Part shown: in pieces, positions 1 to 13,175 of the stretch
Numbering within the stretch: position 1 is the stretch's first letter
Layout: each line of letters opens with the position of its first letter
Assembly (NCBI GenBank): GCA_028534125.1
Contig: CM052818.1
Coordinates: 44,704,232 to 44,768,000, forward strand
Direction of reading: 5' to 3'
From: Lama glama
Taxonomy: Eukaryota
DNA: 63,769 nucleotides
The notes under the pieces: model-generated
What the model was told of the DNA's origin: nothing
Seen by the model: only the letters and a program-made list of their open reading frames with translations
Databases searched by the model: none
Made by a program: the position numbers and the translations under genes

Positions 1-3000
1 GACTCGGTCGTGGAGACAGGCCCGGTAAGCCTGGAAGGCTGCACTTGCCTAGGGGCATATGCGAAGGCCTCTGTGAAGAGCAAACCTTACAGGACAGGAA
101 CCGTCCCCTTCAGCTGTTTACACTGACCAACGGCCTGCACGGCTTTGCTCTGCCCGTTTCCTTCAGGGCTGGCTAGTCCCGGAATCTCAAAGCAGTTAGA
201 ACCTTGAGATTGGATCCTTTGGGAGACCTCTTCAGAGTCCAGAATCCCCTCCATGAGCTGCTGAAAAGCAATCAAGAGGTCTGCCAGGCACGGCCAGAAT
301 GGTGGCCAGTGACATCTGTGGGCCCAGCAGCCGCGGAGGGGAGACAAGCTACCGAGGGTGGTGCCTCGCTGTAAGTGTCCTGCTGTCTGAGGCCAGGGTG
401 GGCCTTTCTGGGAGTGGACGGAGTTCAGCCAAGAGGCTCTGGGAAGGCCACCTGTGCAGCGGTGACGCCCAGACCACCTCCTGCGAACTATTAAAGTCCA
501 GAAAACGTGTTTGGAAGACCTTTACAAACTGTAAAGTCTATTCAAACTGGACTCAGAGCTGCTGGTTAACACAAGAGAAAAGTGGTGACACAGAGTGACC
601 GCGGGGAGGTGTGGATTGCGTCTGCGTGCAGAAGTTCATGTGCTCAGACTAGCACCTGGCACAGGAGAGACAGTAACCATCAGAGGGAGGAGGGAGGAAA
701 CAGGCAGCCATCTGAGCGAACACTCAGGACTTCTGCACACACTGCAAAATTTTTATGTTCTAATGTTGTCATATTCCTAACATTCTCTAATTTTGTACAC
801 TAATGTTTTTATTTACTCCTTTGTCTCCAACCTGGGAACCTTGAGATAAACAGCCCCACTGCTATCTAAGAGTGAAGCCCTGAGAAACCTCCCAAGGTCC
901 CTGGAAGGGATTCTGACCCCGAGTGTTGAAAAGATGGATGAACGTGAAAGAGAACTGCAAGACCAGGGATGCTAAGAGCACTTCACCAAGGCCTGCGCTG
1001 CCGTCGCCTTCCAGGAGCAGCCAAACAGGTTACAGGCCTTTGTCCAGTGAGACACGTGTGGGTTCAAGCCCCGCCTTGCTGGTGAAGTGACTTCGGGCAG
1101 GTTAATCGACATCTCTCAGCTCTCAACTGTAAACAGGACAACAGCGAACATCTATTGCTCACCGACCACGTGCCAGGCCTGTGCCAGCACTTCACATTAT
1201 AAACATTCTCATCTTAACCTCATGAAGCCCTACAAAGAATTCACAGTAGGTCCCCCAGTTTACAGATGAGCAAGTCAAGGCCGTGAGGAAGTAACTGGCC
1301 TGCGGCTGCAGGTAGGAGGTATCCTGAGTTGGGACTGAACCTGTCTGCTGTGCTCTCTCCTCACAAAGTCTGTCTTGTAGGAGCAGTGCCCAGTACATGT
1401 CTAGCACTCAACAGGTACTCAGTAAATGTCACTTCCCTTCCTCTCCCTCGGACAGGCAGGGCTGGATCAGAGGGCAGAGGGTAGCCAGGGTCAGGAGACT
1501 CAAGTCCAACCCTACACAGCCCCTCACGGTGCCATGAGATACGGGGGAAGTGGCTCGGTCTCTCCGGGTTCGGGTTTCCTAACTGTAAGAGGGAAGGTGA
1601 GGACTAAATGGGCGCTATGCATCCTTCCAGAACCAGATAGATGATTCTTTTTTGAGGCATCCACAGTGGCTTCCCTTGGATGTGGTGGGCAGCCTCTGAG
1701 TTCATGGCTTATGGCTGGGGGAGCCCAGGTTTACTGCTAGAGCCCCTCCCTTTGCAGAGGGTCCCCTCCAACCAGGATGGCTCTGGGTGCCTAAGCCTTC
1801 CTTCCTGAACCAGTCCAAGGAGGCCTCACTGCAGCCACTGCTCCAGGTACGAAGGGTCACGGACCAGTCATCCAGGCCCACCCGCCCTCTGTGCCTCCCT
1901 GCCCCTTCACCCGATGCCCAGGGAGGCCTGAGTCCAGGCTGCTGTCCCCAAGCAAGCGGTCACCTGGACCAAGCTGGCAACCCTTCATGAAGATGCAAAT
2001 TTGACAACTATTTTTGAGTACACGGATGTTTTGAGCTCTCATTTAAAGAACACTTGCTGGGATGAAACCAGGTGCCCTGAGGAAGACCAATAAAAATATA
2101 GCCACTAATTGTCTGGAGGAAAGGACAAACACAAATCCTTAACTCCACAGGAGGCGGTGGTAAGCACCGACCAGAAGGACCAGCGGCCACACCAGCAGCT
2201 CCTCTCATTTGAGCAGCATCCCAGAGTCTGTGAGAAGCTTCATGCTCAGGCTTGCTTAAATCTCCAAACAGCAGTCCTACACCTAAATCCTTCTCTTCTT
2301 TCATAGAAGGGGAGCCTGCAGCTCCTTTCTGCTAAGCTGGGGCAGCGTGCATGGGAAGAACAGGTAAAGGGACAGGAGATGTTCAGGAAGACAGTTCCAG
2401 GAAGTCATCCTGAGGAGGCGGGACTTACACTGGACCTTGAAGATGAGGTTGGACCTTGAGTGGTGCCTCTGTGCTCCTTTCAAGGAAGGAGCTGTCACAG
2501 GCAGGCACATGCTAACCTGGCAAGCTGAACGGCCACCCTCCTGTTCCCTGAATATAAACAGGGACTTAGGAGGAAACCAAGATGTCTCTGGTTCATTGTA
2601 GCACGTTAAGTAAAACAAACAAACAAACAAAAAGCCCCAGAAACTGCCATTACATCTATGCTGTGAATATAAGCTGCAAACATCATTTTAAAGCCCCAAC
2701 TGGATGGCAAATGGAAAAGAAAATGGGCAAAATAAAATAGCATGCTCAATTTGGAGTGGTAGGCTTTGGGCCATTTTTTCCTTTTTCACTTTTTTTTGGA
2801 TTTCTGTCTTTCCCATCTTGATCCTGTTTGTGGAAGTAAACGTAGCCTAATAACAAATCAGGAAAAACAAGTCTATAGCCCCCAGCTTTGATATTCCGGC
2901 CAAATTCCAACTCAAGTCTAGGAATGATCTACCTGGGTCTCTGGAGGTGGGGCTTCTGCTTGTGGTCTTCCCACGTGCGCGTGGGGAGAGTAACCCGGAC

Positions 3001-3299
3001 GAGCCAGCAGGGAGTGAGGCATATGGGTGCAAATGCCCACGCTCGGCAGGGAAAATACAGGAGCAGCATCAGGATTCCAGACAGGACGGGGCGAGGGAGG
3101 CAGGACAAAAGACGAGGGAAGCTGATGGTACGACGGTGGGAGGTTTGAAACATAACTCTCAGGATGCTGTAATCATTTGGTCCCCTGCCTCGGCGTCTCC
3201 CTTTCAATAAACATCAATCATTCAGGCGACCTCCAAGAGATCTTTACAAACCACCTTATTGGAGTATTTCCAATGGCTCTTCAACATATAAACCATAAG

Positions 3300-3735
3300 A
3301 GAAAAATGAGGAAGGAAGGACGTGCAAATGAAGAGAGACAATAAGTAAGAGACTTCAGAACCATCTTAACCAAATGCCTTGGGAGGATCTTGCTTGGCTC
3401 TCGATTCAAAACACCAACTATGAGCATAATTACAAAACAAAATTTGAACACATTGGAGGATTTGATATTAAGAAATTATTTTTAAATTTTTTAGATATGA
3501 TAACAGTATTGGATTTTCAACAAAAAGCCCTTGTCGTTGAGAGATACATGCTGAACTGTTTACAGATGAAATGACATGATGTCTGGGATTTGCTTCAAAA
3601 TAATTTGGAAGGTCAAGAAGAAAGAAGAGTTATAAGTGAAACAATGTTGGCCACGTGTTAGTAACTGTTAAAGATGAAAGATAGATACCCTGATACAATC
3701 CGACTCATCACTCTATGTCTGTAGTTTGAAACTGT
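3300..3735 (+). mobile_element. Ancient L1M (MC/ME-like) 3' fragment
   Basis: gatttgatattaagaaattatt...acagatgaaatgacatgatgtctgggatttgcttcaaaataat motif. Boundaries approximate. Confidence 0.65.
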
Positions 3736-3929
3736 TATCCTGGGTACCACAGCCTTTTCCAAATGGGACCCAACGACCCCTTCTCCTTGCAGCCCCTGCT
3801 GCAGCCTGGGCCCTGCGTCAAGTCCCAGCCACAGGGAGCTCTTGCCATTCCTCCAGTGCCAAGCTCCTTCATGCGCGAGACTCCTTCTGCCTCAGATGCC
3901 CTTCAACCCCCAGGGTATGAACACCAGGG

Positions 3930-4105
3930 CCAGACATCTGGGTTCAAATTCAGGACCTGCCACTTAGTCGCTGGGTGACCCTGAGCAAGTCAGTTAACCT
4001 CTCTGTGCCTGTTTCTTCATATATAAATGCTAGGTAACAACGTACCCACCTCCCTGGGTTATTTTAACTGCAACGGTTTCCAGCACGATAGGTGCTCAGT
4101 AACGT
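3930..4105 (+). mobile_element. MIR SINE
   Basis: ctgggttcaaattcaggacctgccacttagtcgctgggtgaccctgagcaagtcagttaacctctctgtgcctgtttcttcatatataaatg, the MIR core. Confidence 0.8.
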
Positions 4106-4779
4106 AGCTGCTGTTAGGCTCATTTGCTGCTGCTGCTCCTCTCCAAGGGGCAAAATTCCATTCATTTTCAGGGTCCAACTCCATCATCGTGTCCTCTGAG
4201 ACAGTCTCCCATCACTGGGAGTCAGGACATCCTTCAGGGTCTTTGCAGCACCTGAAGCCCTCGGCTGGAGCCTGCTGCACAGGGACTTAGCTGAAACTCA
4301 GTTTCTGTGGTTGTGGATACAGACCTCCAAGCTGAGTCCTGGCTGGCCTGTGTCCTCCCAAAGGCACTGAGCTCCCAGGAAGGACCAGGTCCCACTTGGC
4401 TTTGGGGCCCCAGGCTGAACTTAGAGTCCACCTTCGGTTTGGAGTTATACGTTCCATAAGTGCTTAGTTATCTGCCTGCTGGATGAACAAAGGACTCATT
4501 CACTCCCATCTCAGAAACGAACATTCTAGCTGGACGTTTTCTTCTCCTGTGTCTTAGCTAACAGCCAATTTTGATGAATTACCATCAGAAAACTGAAACA
4601 CACACCCGAGGTTTTAATCTTTCTGCTTTTTCAGACAAAAATCCCTCCACTGATTCAAAGTCACTAAAATGACACTCCCTTCATTATAAATTATGGGGGC
4701 GTTGGGGCCGAAAGCTGCCGCTTCCTCCAAGATACTCCACAGCCTCCATTTTATAAGGTCACTAAAATGCGCAGAGCCC

Positions 4780-4797
4780 TGGCCCCCAGAGGGCGGC
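4780..4797 (+). promoter_or_regulatory. Candidate CTCF motif
   Basis: TGGCCCCCAGAGGGCGGC, close to the consensus TGGCCASYAGRKGGCRS with one core mismatch. Confidence 0.45.
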
Positions 4798-6678
4798 GGG
4801 GCCACCATGCCCTGTACAGCCATCAGGGTTAATTGCAGGAAATCTAAACAGTGTTAAGTGTGCAGGCCGAGAGCATAAAGTTATTTTAAAAGAAGAAAGC
4901 ATTGGTTATTACCAGCCGGCCCTTGTTATCCACCTCCGCTGGCTTTTTGGCAAGCAATTAACAAAGACCCCACTTCCTCTACGCTCCCCGCCTGAGGGGC
5001 TGAAGCTGTTCCGGGGCTGGTGGTGAATGAACTGAAAGATCCTTGTCTCCACATTTCAAGACACAGAGCCTTCTTGATTTATTACCCTCGCAATTCCTTT
5101 ACAGTCACAAAGGGGAGGAATTCGGGCAAACCCCCGGCCACCACCAGATCAAACACTAACCCACTCACCAGGCCGTCTTCCCAGCACACCCAGCACATTT
5201 CGTCCTGATAAGCCTTGATAAGCAAATTAAACGTGAGAGAGAATGACTCCCTGAGCTTTCCTGGTAGAGTGAATTTTCTGGATTTTTCTGGTTTTCAAAT
5301 ACTAGTTACAATCAGCCCATGGACCTGCCTTAAGAAAGAATTGGCCAAAACTCTTTCTCCCCCTGGTCATTGTCCCAGAGCCATATCCGCCCCTCTAGTC
5401 AGCATTCTCCTGCGTGTTTCAGAGTTTACACCATCGTGTTCCCCCGGCCCTCACGGCCGGAACCATTTCTCTTTCTTCTCTGGGTCAGTCCCCCTCTTCC
5501 CTTCACACAGAGCCTGAGACATAAAACGTCCTCAAAGATATCCACTAAAGTGCAGGTCCCTACCCAGCTTTGGGGGCCGTATCACGCATAAAAGTGAGGT
5601 TTAAATGTTTGTACACATGGAAAGTACAGAAGAAATAAGGTGGGAGAGGGATGGTTCAACCTAGTTTTTCTCATAAACTCTCATAATCCAACTTGCTTCT
5701 GCCATGAAGATTATTCCTGAGGCTACGTCTGAAGTAGACGGGTCATTACCCACCCTTCTGCTAGCCCAGCTCTCTGAGAAGGCGACACCAGGCCAGGTGA
5801 GGGGCCACACGGAAAGCACCTGCCCACTCTGCAGATGAGGACACTGTGGCCTGGGGTCAGACACGGGACGGGAGCCAGCTCTCCGGGCTCTCAGCCCAAA
5901 CTTCACATCTCCCGTGATTTTGCTCCACAAATGGGGCGCACACCGAGCACAGGGCCAGGGGCGGAGTAAAAGCTCGATAACCGTCTGAACAAACGGGAGC
6001 CAGGCTTGGGAAGGCTTGGCCTAGACTCTGCGCAGAAGCTGGGGCCTCCGCGTGGCCTCCCAAGGCCATGGCTTCCCGACGCTGACCTTGACCAGACGCA
6101 GGACCGGGGGTGTGATGGTTCACAGGTACAGCCTAGAGCCAGGAAGACCTGAGTTTGAATCCTGGACCTGTTTTTTTAACACCTGCACCCCTGGGCACGT
6201 TCATTAGCAGGTCCAAGCCCACCCGTAAGGCAGGATAAGAATGATCAGAGTGAGAGGGGAGAGGTGAAGTGAAGGAGAGAACGGTGGAGGGGCCTGGGCC
6301 ATCACTCAGGACTTGACGGTCCCAGAAGCAGGGACACATGCTCAGACTTACTCTCCTCCTGCTTCGTGTCTGCTGGCCTCCGAGAGTGTCGAGGACAGGG
6401 TCTGGACCCTGTTCCTGACCCAGGTGGGGACTTAGGAAAGTGATGGCTACAGGTACAAAAAAATCAGTACTAACTGATGGGCTTTCTAAGGAAGGTAGTC
6501 ACATTTTTAAAATAACTCTCATTTGTGTTCCATTCCACAAAAAAACGAATAAGCGGGGTTGTGTGACAGGCGGATGCAGAGCCCCAAAGGCGGCCTGGGC
6601 CCCAAGGCAACCAGTGGCCCTCTTGTCCCCGCCCCTCACAGGCCCAGAACTGTAGAGGAGAGCACAGGAAGGACTTAC

Positions 6679-6855
6679 CGAGAAGCGCGTTGTGCCCACT
6701 GTCATCCGGCAAGAACCTCTTGTCGACGGCACACACCAGGAGGTGGCCGGGCAGGCTGGGGGACTTGGCCCCCACGAGGAGGAAGCCCGCAGGGACGTCG
6801 ATGGGCTCGTTGGAGATGGAGACGAGACGCAGGTCCCTTCCTGCCTGGCAGAACC
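6679..6855 (-). CDS. GREB1: GREB1 third coding exon (177 nt)
   Basis: Acceptor gtccctcctAG| and donor G|GTAAGT. Encodes (G)[58 protein letters not shown](G), in frame and matching the GREB1/GREB1L N-terminal conserved block. Confidence 0.97.
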
Positions 6856-7374
6856 CTAGGAGGGACGCCCAGGGCTCACGTGCCGCCCGGCCAGCGGCCG
6901 CCCCAGGACCCGGCTCCCCTCAGGCGGAGGGTGAGAGTGTCCGGATCTCCCCCTTACCTCTGGACGTGGTTGAGTGAGAAGCAAATTATAAATTATTTAA
7001 GCCTTATCCTGAGAGGTAAAATGATCATAGCCATTGCCATTCAGAACCCTTCACCACGCGCTGTTTGTAGGCCTACCGGTGTCGCCATAGAATATCCACT
7101 ACCAGACACGCGGGGTAAAAATGTAGACAAATGATGGTGAATTAAAATGTATACAAGATAAACCATAGGAAATGGTGAGTAATCTGATGTCTTTTACACC
7201 CTGTATTTTACGTGTGCAAGGCACAGGCTCGTGTCACGAGTACGGACTGAGGACCTGGTAACACCGGTGGCCTTGGAAGAGGCTCATTAGCACGGGGAAG
7301 CTTTCGCTCTGGACTCTTGCACTTTCTGTGTTTTAGGGATTTTAAATGTGTTTCTTATTTAAAAATTAAGTGTC

Positions 7375-7686
7375 CAACAAATGGACTTGTTCACACAACA
7401 AAAACAGACTCACAGGCATAGGAAACAAACTTACGGTTACCAGGTTAAAAGAGGAAGGGTGGAGGGATACATCGGGAGTTCGAGATCTGCAGATACACAC
7501 TACTACATATAAAACAGATCAACGACAAGGACCTACTGTGTAGCACAGGGAGTCTTATCCACTATCTCGTAATAGCCTATAATGAAAAAGAATGTGAAAA
7601 GGAACATACATACATGTATGACTGCGTCACTAAGCTGCACACCAGAAGTCAGCACAACATTGTAAACTGACTATACTGCAGTTAAA
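7375..7686 (+). mobile_element. L1 3' UTR fragment (lineage-specific)
   Basis: acagactcacaggcataggaaacaaacttacggttaccag...ttgtaaactgactatact plus A tail. TSD aaaaattaagtgtc (7361-7374) / aaaaagtaagtgtc (7687-7700) at a TT|AAAA site. Confidence 0.85.
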
Positions 7687-8461
7687 AAAAAGTAAGTGTC
7701 TGGGGAAAGGGAGACGAGGGAAACAGCTGAGGTTTCCTTGGACGGGTCCTTCCTGGGGCCTGAAGGCCCCCTCGGCCCGATCCGTCGTGCTTGCCCATCT
7801 TTAATTACCTACAGGGACGAGCAGGACGAACCCCGATGATTCCAGGGCCTTCCCTGCAAAACTCTCAGGCACTTTAGGAAGAATCTCCTCCCGTCTGCCT
7901 GCTTTACCATTCACAATGCACTGGCTCCGAGTTCTCCCATCTGCCCCCTGGGCCCAGGCAGGACAAGGGAACCCTGCAGGGCAGGAGGCCGTGCCCACTG
8001 CGTGCTGCGCTCGGTCGGATACAGCCAGCGAGGCTCTCATTTGATCACCCAGGGGGGAGTGTTCCTGCCCCCGATTTGAAGTCATGGAAATGGAGGCTTG
8101 GAGATAAGGTAGACCTGCCTTTTCAGCAGCAAAGGACCAACAGACTTGAACAGTTACTCGTGCTCATCAGTTCTGAGTTAATACACAGTGCAAGCCCCAC
8201 TGAGTTGGGATGTTCTAGTTTTCAAACAGTCAATGTAGGAAAATAAACTTTGGATCTGAATCCATCTGTAACACTGAGGGTGTCCAAAGAGGGACTGAGG
8301 ACTGCAGGCCTGACAAAGCCCCACGCACGATGTAGCCAACGCTGCAGGGACCGATGGACATGCCTGGCCACGACCTGCTGGAGGTGTGGGCCCAGGTCAC
8401 ACCTCCAGGGCACAAGACGGGTGAGGGGTCCCCGTGGAACACAGCCCAGCTGGCATCTCAC

Positions 8462-8581
8462 CATCTGTGATGCAGCATCCTTCGGGCGGGGGGTGCATCT
8501 GGTAGAGAGTCGGGGGACAGTTCTGCTCCGATCCCCCTTCTCCCTCCTCTTCCTCTTCCTCATTGTCCACTCGGCTACCAC
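8462..8581 (-). CDS. GREB1: GREB1 second coding exon (120 nt)
   Basis: Acceptor ccctccccgccAG| and donor G|GTGAGA. Encodes (G)GSRVDNEEEEEEGEGGSEQNCPPTLYQMHPPPEGCCITD(G), in frame with the previous exon and including the GREB1 acidic run. Confidence 0.96.
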
Positions 8582-11500
8582 CTGGCGGGGAGGGGCGCAA
8601 TGAGAAAGGCAGAAGTAAGCAAGCAGCAAGTCTCGGCTAGTTAGTGATTAACCAGTCCTCACAAACACACTGTGAGCCGGGCATCATCACCCTTCTTTTC
8701 CCCCGGGATGAAAGCGGAGGCTCACTCCAGCTGGACATCTTTCCCAAGGTCACAGACTCCAGCTCCAAGCCTGGCCTTGGGACTTCAAATCCAGGTCCAC
8801 TTCCCTTCCCATCCACCACCACTGCTCACATCCACACAAGCAGCAGGGTCCAGTCCTCATACAGTTGTTGACAAGAGCATCAAGTTTGTACACAATAGGC
8901 ACTCCAAGAATATCTGTGTGGGAAGGTAACACAGTGTCGCATGTGGCCCATTTTACAGGTAAGGAAACTGAGGTTCAGAGAGACCCAGTGATTGGCGCAC
9001 AGCCCTTCAACAATCCGCTAAGCAGCACAGCCAGCATGCTCCCAGTCATGTATGAATTCCGAGCTGCTGTTCTTGCCACTAACTGCATAACAGAACACAA
9101 AATACAGTGTGAGCTGTCTTTACACAGAAAAAGAGAGGGGTTCAACTCTACACCATGATTTTTCCCCAAGGGGAAAATGGATGGTATCCATTACTAGAAA
9201 TACAAACACACCCGAATTTGTCACACTCAGAAAAAGGGCCATTCCAGAATAGGGCCAGGGGCCCTCCCATGTGACTTTATGACTTTCAGAAACTTTTTAA
9301 AGTGAAATAGTATTTTAGGAGTAATGAGAAATGTGGAATCGGCCAGGAGAGCCAGGAATTGACCATGGAAATCTCACTGCTCCATCTCAGCAGTGAAAGA
9401 GCTTGCCTTCCCCAAGGGCTCTCAGGCCCTCGAGAGCAGGGCCCCTGCGCCTCATCATCATATCTGTGATCGAGGCACCTGGCGGTACCACACCCAGAGA
9501 TGGTGCTCGGAAAAATACCGCCCAACCTGTGCAAGCACACAGTTATACCTTATTCACCCAGTGCTGCTAGAGAAAGAGGGCCCCACAGCAATGAGTTTTC
9601 AAGGCTGTGGAGTACAGGGGAGTCCTTCCGACTTCTTTTAACACTTTGGGTAGAAATCTTTCTCAACGTGTCTATCTTTAGATGCCATTTAATAAACAGC
9701 ATCTTCATGTAATAGGACCGCCCGGAGCATCCTTCACTGCGCTAGGCCAGGAGACAGTTGCTTCCTCCTGTTTTGTTTCTCTGTCTCCTTCTTTAGGGCT
9801 GGTCTCCTTGCTGCCATTTCTTCTACTCTCATCTTCCCGGACTCTCACACCCTCCATCCAACCAGTGGGTTAAGGGGTTTTAGGTTAATGATGAAATCCT
9901 GTGCAGCAGGAAGAGCTCAGCTCTGGGAACTCACATTTTAGTACTTGGGTCTGTTGTTGTCTGTGTGGCCATGGGAAAGCTACTCAACCTCTCTGTGCGT
10001 CAGATCCTGCATCTTTAAAATGAGGGGGCTATATAAAGTCACTTTGAGCTGTGACAGTCTATGTCGGGAGGCATGGCCCTCAGAGTTGCACAGAATATTC
10101 CCAAGGTGATTTAATCGGTACAGGGTACCAGGAACAGAACCTTGCTGTGGCCACCATTTTAAAAGTGCTGGTGGGCCAAGACAAAGAAGAAACTGAACAC
10201 TTCAGGCCAGCCCAGGCCCATGACCTTGGGAAGGTCACAGCAGGAAGTGAGCAAGAATTCCTAGTGTCGCCATCCCTCTGGGACTAGAGGACACAGAGGT
10301 GGCAGGGAGACTGTAAAAAGATTACCCAGGAAGAACACAAAGGGGGTTGAAGCGATGAACTCCAGAGCCTCCTTCAGGCGCTTCCTTCCTGCCCTTAACT
10401 GCAGGCGCGGGGTGGTTTTAGCAGAAGGTATGGAGTCACACCCAGACCCCAGGCGCAGGCTCAGGTCCCCACCGGGGCTCAAATTGTCCTTTAGCCCCTA
10501 GGGAGTGGGTGGCTTAGAAGGCTCGGAGGCTAAATCAAGATTAGTCTGTGAGCCAGGGACTGACCTTCAGGGGCTCGGAGGGGCTGGCAAAGCACAGAGA
10601 ATTAGAATGAAAAGGGGAGAGAGAAAGCCCTGAGGGCTCACATGGGAATGTCAGCACATTATTCTGTTAAACCAAAGCGAACAGGAATTCAGACTCTCAG
10701 ACTGAATGAAAGAGGAGGGTCTTAAGCCTCCAAAAGTCAAAGAAAGGGCTCGAAATCCAGTTGCTAAGAAAGCAGGATTAAAGGTCAAAGGTCTGCATCA
10801 GACATTCCAGGGCCTTTGATGGAATCAGTCAGCCAGCACCAAGCATGAGACTTTTCCTCTCAGACTAAACCAGCCTGTTTACCAAGGTCTCCTGGCAGGA
10901 TGAGAGCGTTCATATGGCTTTAGAAAAAACCAACTGCATTGGAAGCTGAGGCCCTTAAAACTAAACCACAGGAATTGAGAGATTCACTCCACGGACTATG
11001 AGGGAACTTGTTTTAACATTTAGAGTGAATTTTGTTTTCTTTCCATGAGAAGAATGTATGATACTCTGGGTGGGATTACAGGAATTTATCTGCATCCTGT
11101 TTAATTAATAAATACTTATCTAGAAATGCTGGGGTTGTGTTTGCTTTGTTTGGTTGACCTCCCTTTAAAACAATAACATAACACGTACAAGGTTTTTCCC
11201 CTAGAAGGAGAGGGTAAAGCCCCTAACTCTGAGAACAAAGTAATAAGACCCCACTGAATCACCCTTGCAAATACGGGAAATGTTAACAGATCAAGGGATG
11301 TTTGGCATCCCAGCACCCTGGTCATAAAACTCATTCCTAATGTTATCGGCTGAGGAAGGACAGCAATAAGATAAGAGACCCTGACAGAGACACAGACAGA
11401 CAAAACAAGCCCTCTGCGCCCGGCTTTACGATGCCGAAACCAGGGCTCAAGTCGAGTGCTCGGCTGATGGTGACATTCAGCAAATCAACCAGTCTCCCCC

Positions 11501-13023
11501 TTTCCTCCTCCACCCTCCTCCCTGCACTAGAGACACAAAATTGCAGGGGATTTCTCTATTCTGTTTGCCAGACAAATGGGAAGATCATAGAGAGGGCCTG
11601 CCCTGGTTTTCATACCAACACAAGGGCTGAACAAGCCCCCGACAGCTGGCCAGGAGCCTTCCGCACTCATCACTGGAGGCACAGGCCGCGCCAGCCTCCA
11701 AGCCGTCCCTGGAAAGCTCCATGTGCCCTGCCGGCAGATGAGGGCATCGGCATTGGCATCCAGAGAAGTCAGAATGTTTGGATGCAGCCTCCGGTTTAGA
11801 GGCCAGGGAAGGTCGTCTATGTAGAGCTTAGACAGGAGGAAAAGCTGATTGGGAACCTCCCAGGGCTTTCTCCCCGCCTCTCCCCTAAGGAACATCCTTA
11901 AACTTCAAACCCATTTTCCATCTTCCCAAATCACAGGATTCAGTCACTCTGGCTGGTGCAGATAAAAGCCCTTCGTAGATTTTAAGGTGCCATTCAAAGG
12001 TACTAAATTACTTATCCTTATCACCACTGTTAGTTCATCATTAGCAAAAAGTCCTTCGATAGTGTACAAAGTTAGGGATGACCATTTAATACATATTTCA
12101 CAGAAGTCTATCAGCGAGCCAAAAACACAGTCTATAAAATATCCCCCAGTTATTTCTCAAACTCCCCCGATGTCAGAGTAATTCTTCCTATGCCAGAAAA
12201 CATTGGTACCTCCGATGTGAATACCAGAGAATTCCTGGTTTTCCTAATTTGTGCTTTTGACCACATCCTTGTTTCTCTCAGACCCAGATCCAGTTCTTTT
12301 AGGTCCTTAACTGTTGCTGCTTGCAAGGCTAACTTTGTAAGGACGTTTTAAAGATAGACACAAGGAATGCCTCCCCACTAGAATAAGGAACTGTCACATA
12401 TCACACACGTACCTCTGTGCTTCATTTTCCTTGAAGTGCAGCCATCCCCAGCCCACCATCCCCACACCCACCTCACGCACACACATTCACATCACAGCCA
12501 CCCTGATACAGGACCTGACATGAGGTATGCTTTATTAATTAGCTAATTTTTATTTTAAACCACAGTCCTCTTTTCCTTCAAAACTTAAGTGAAGTCTGCA
12601 GGTAACTTCAAGTGAGAAACAAACTGACAAAAAGAACTTCCTTAGCAATGACTCTCATACTTTGGATTGCTGTGGATTACTTTTGACATGAAAATACATG
12701 ACTGCAAAAAATACAAGCTCAAGATTGAAAAAACACAATCAGCTTTTTCTCTGGATAAGTAAGTAAACCCTAAAGTTATCCCCACACCTGAAGATATTTA
12801 CTTCCAGCACATGTTAAATACATCAGGGTTTGCTCTTGGTTTTTAAAAGTTTCCAGAGGGCTCTTGTAATTTCTACCACAACAAAAAACTACCTGTACGA
12901 CTTTGCAAAGATATGGCCACAAATCACAAAGAGAAAAAAATATAACTGAGGGTCAAAGGCATGTTAAAATGTCTTATTCATCCAGCAAGTGAGACCATCA
13001 AACCTTTTAATAAGAGTATAAGT

Positions 13024-13175
13024 GGGGGGAGGTTCTAATTCAGTGGTAGAGCACGTGCTTAGCTAGCATGCATGAGGACCTGGGTTCCATCCTCAGTACC
13101 TCCATTAAAACAAATAGATTAAATAAAAACCTAATTACCTCCCCATGCCAAACAAAAACAAGAAACAAAACCAAC
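13024..13175 (+). mobile_element. tRNA-derived SINE (camelid type)
   Basis: A-box/B-box-like head (tcagtggtagagc...ctgggttccatcctcagtacctcc) and A-rich tail. Perfect 12-bp TSD aagagtataagt at 13012-13023 and 13176-13187. Confidence 0.88.

Noticed and set aside
1..6678. Next GREB1 coding exon (expected to begin FSGNCVGCG...)
   Set aside because: Not found by eye or in the ORF track. It presumably lies beyond position 1.
6559..7134. 191-aa plus-strand ORF
   Set aside because: Antisense shadow of the GC-rich GREB1 exon at 6679-6855.
13024..13105. tRNA-like sequence (also at 54800-54864 and 55935-55990)
   Set aside because: Heads of tRNA-derived SINEs with A tails, no intact cloverleaf.
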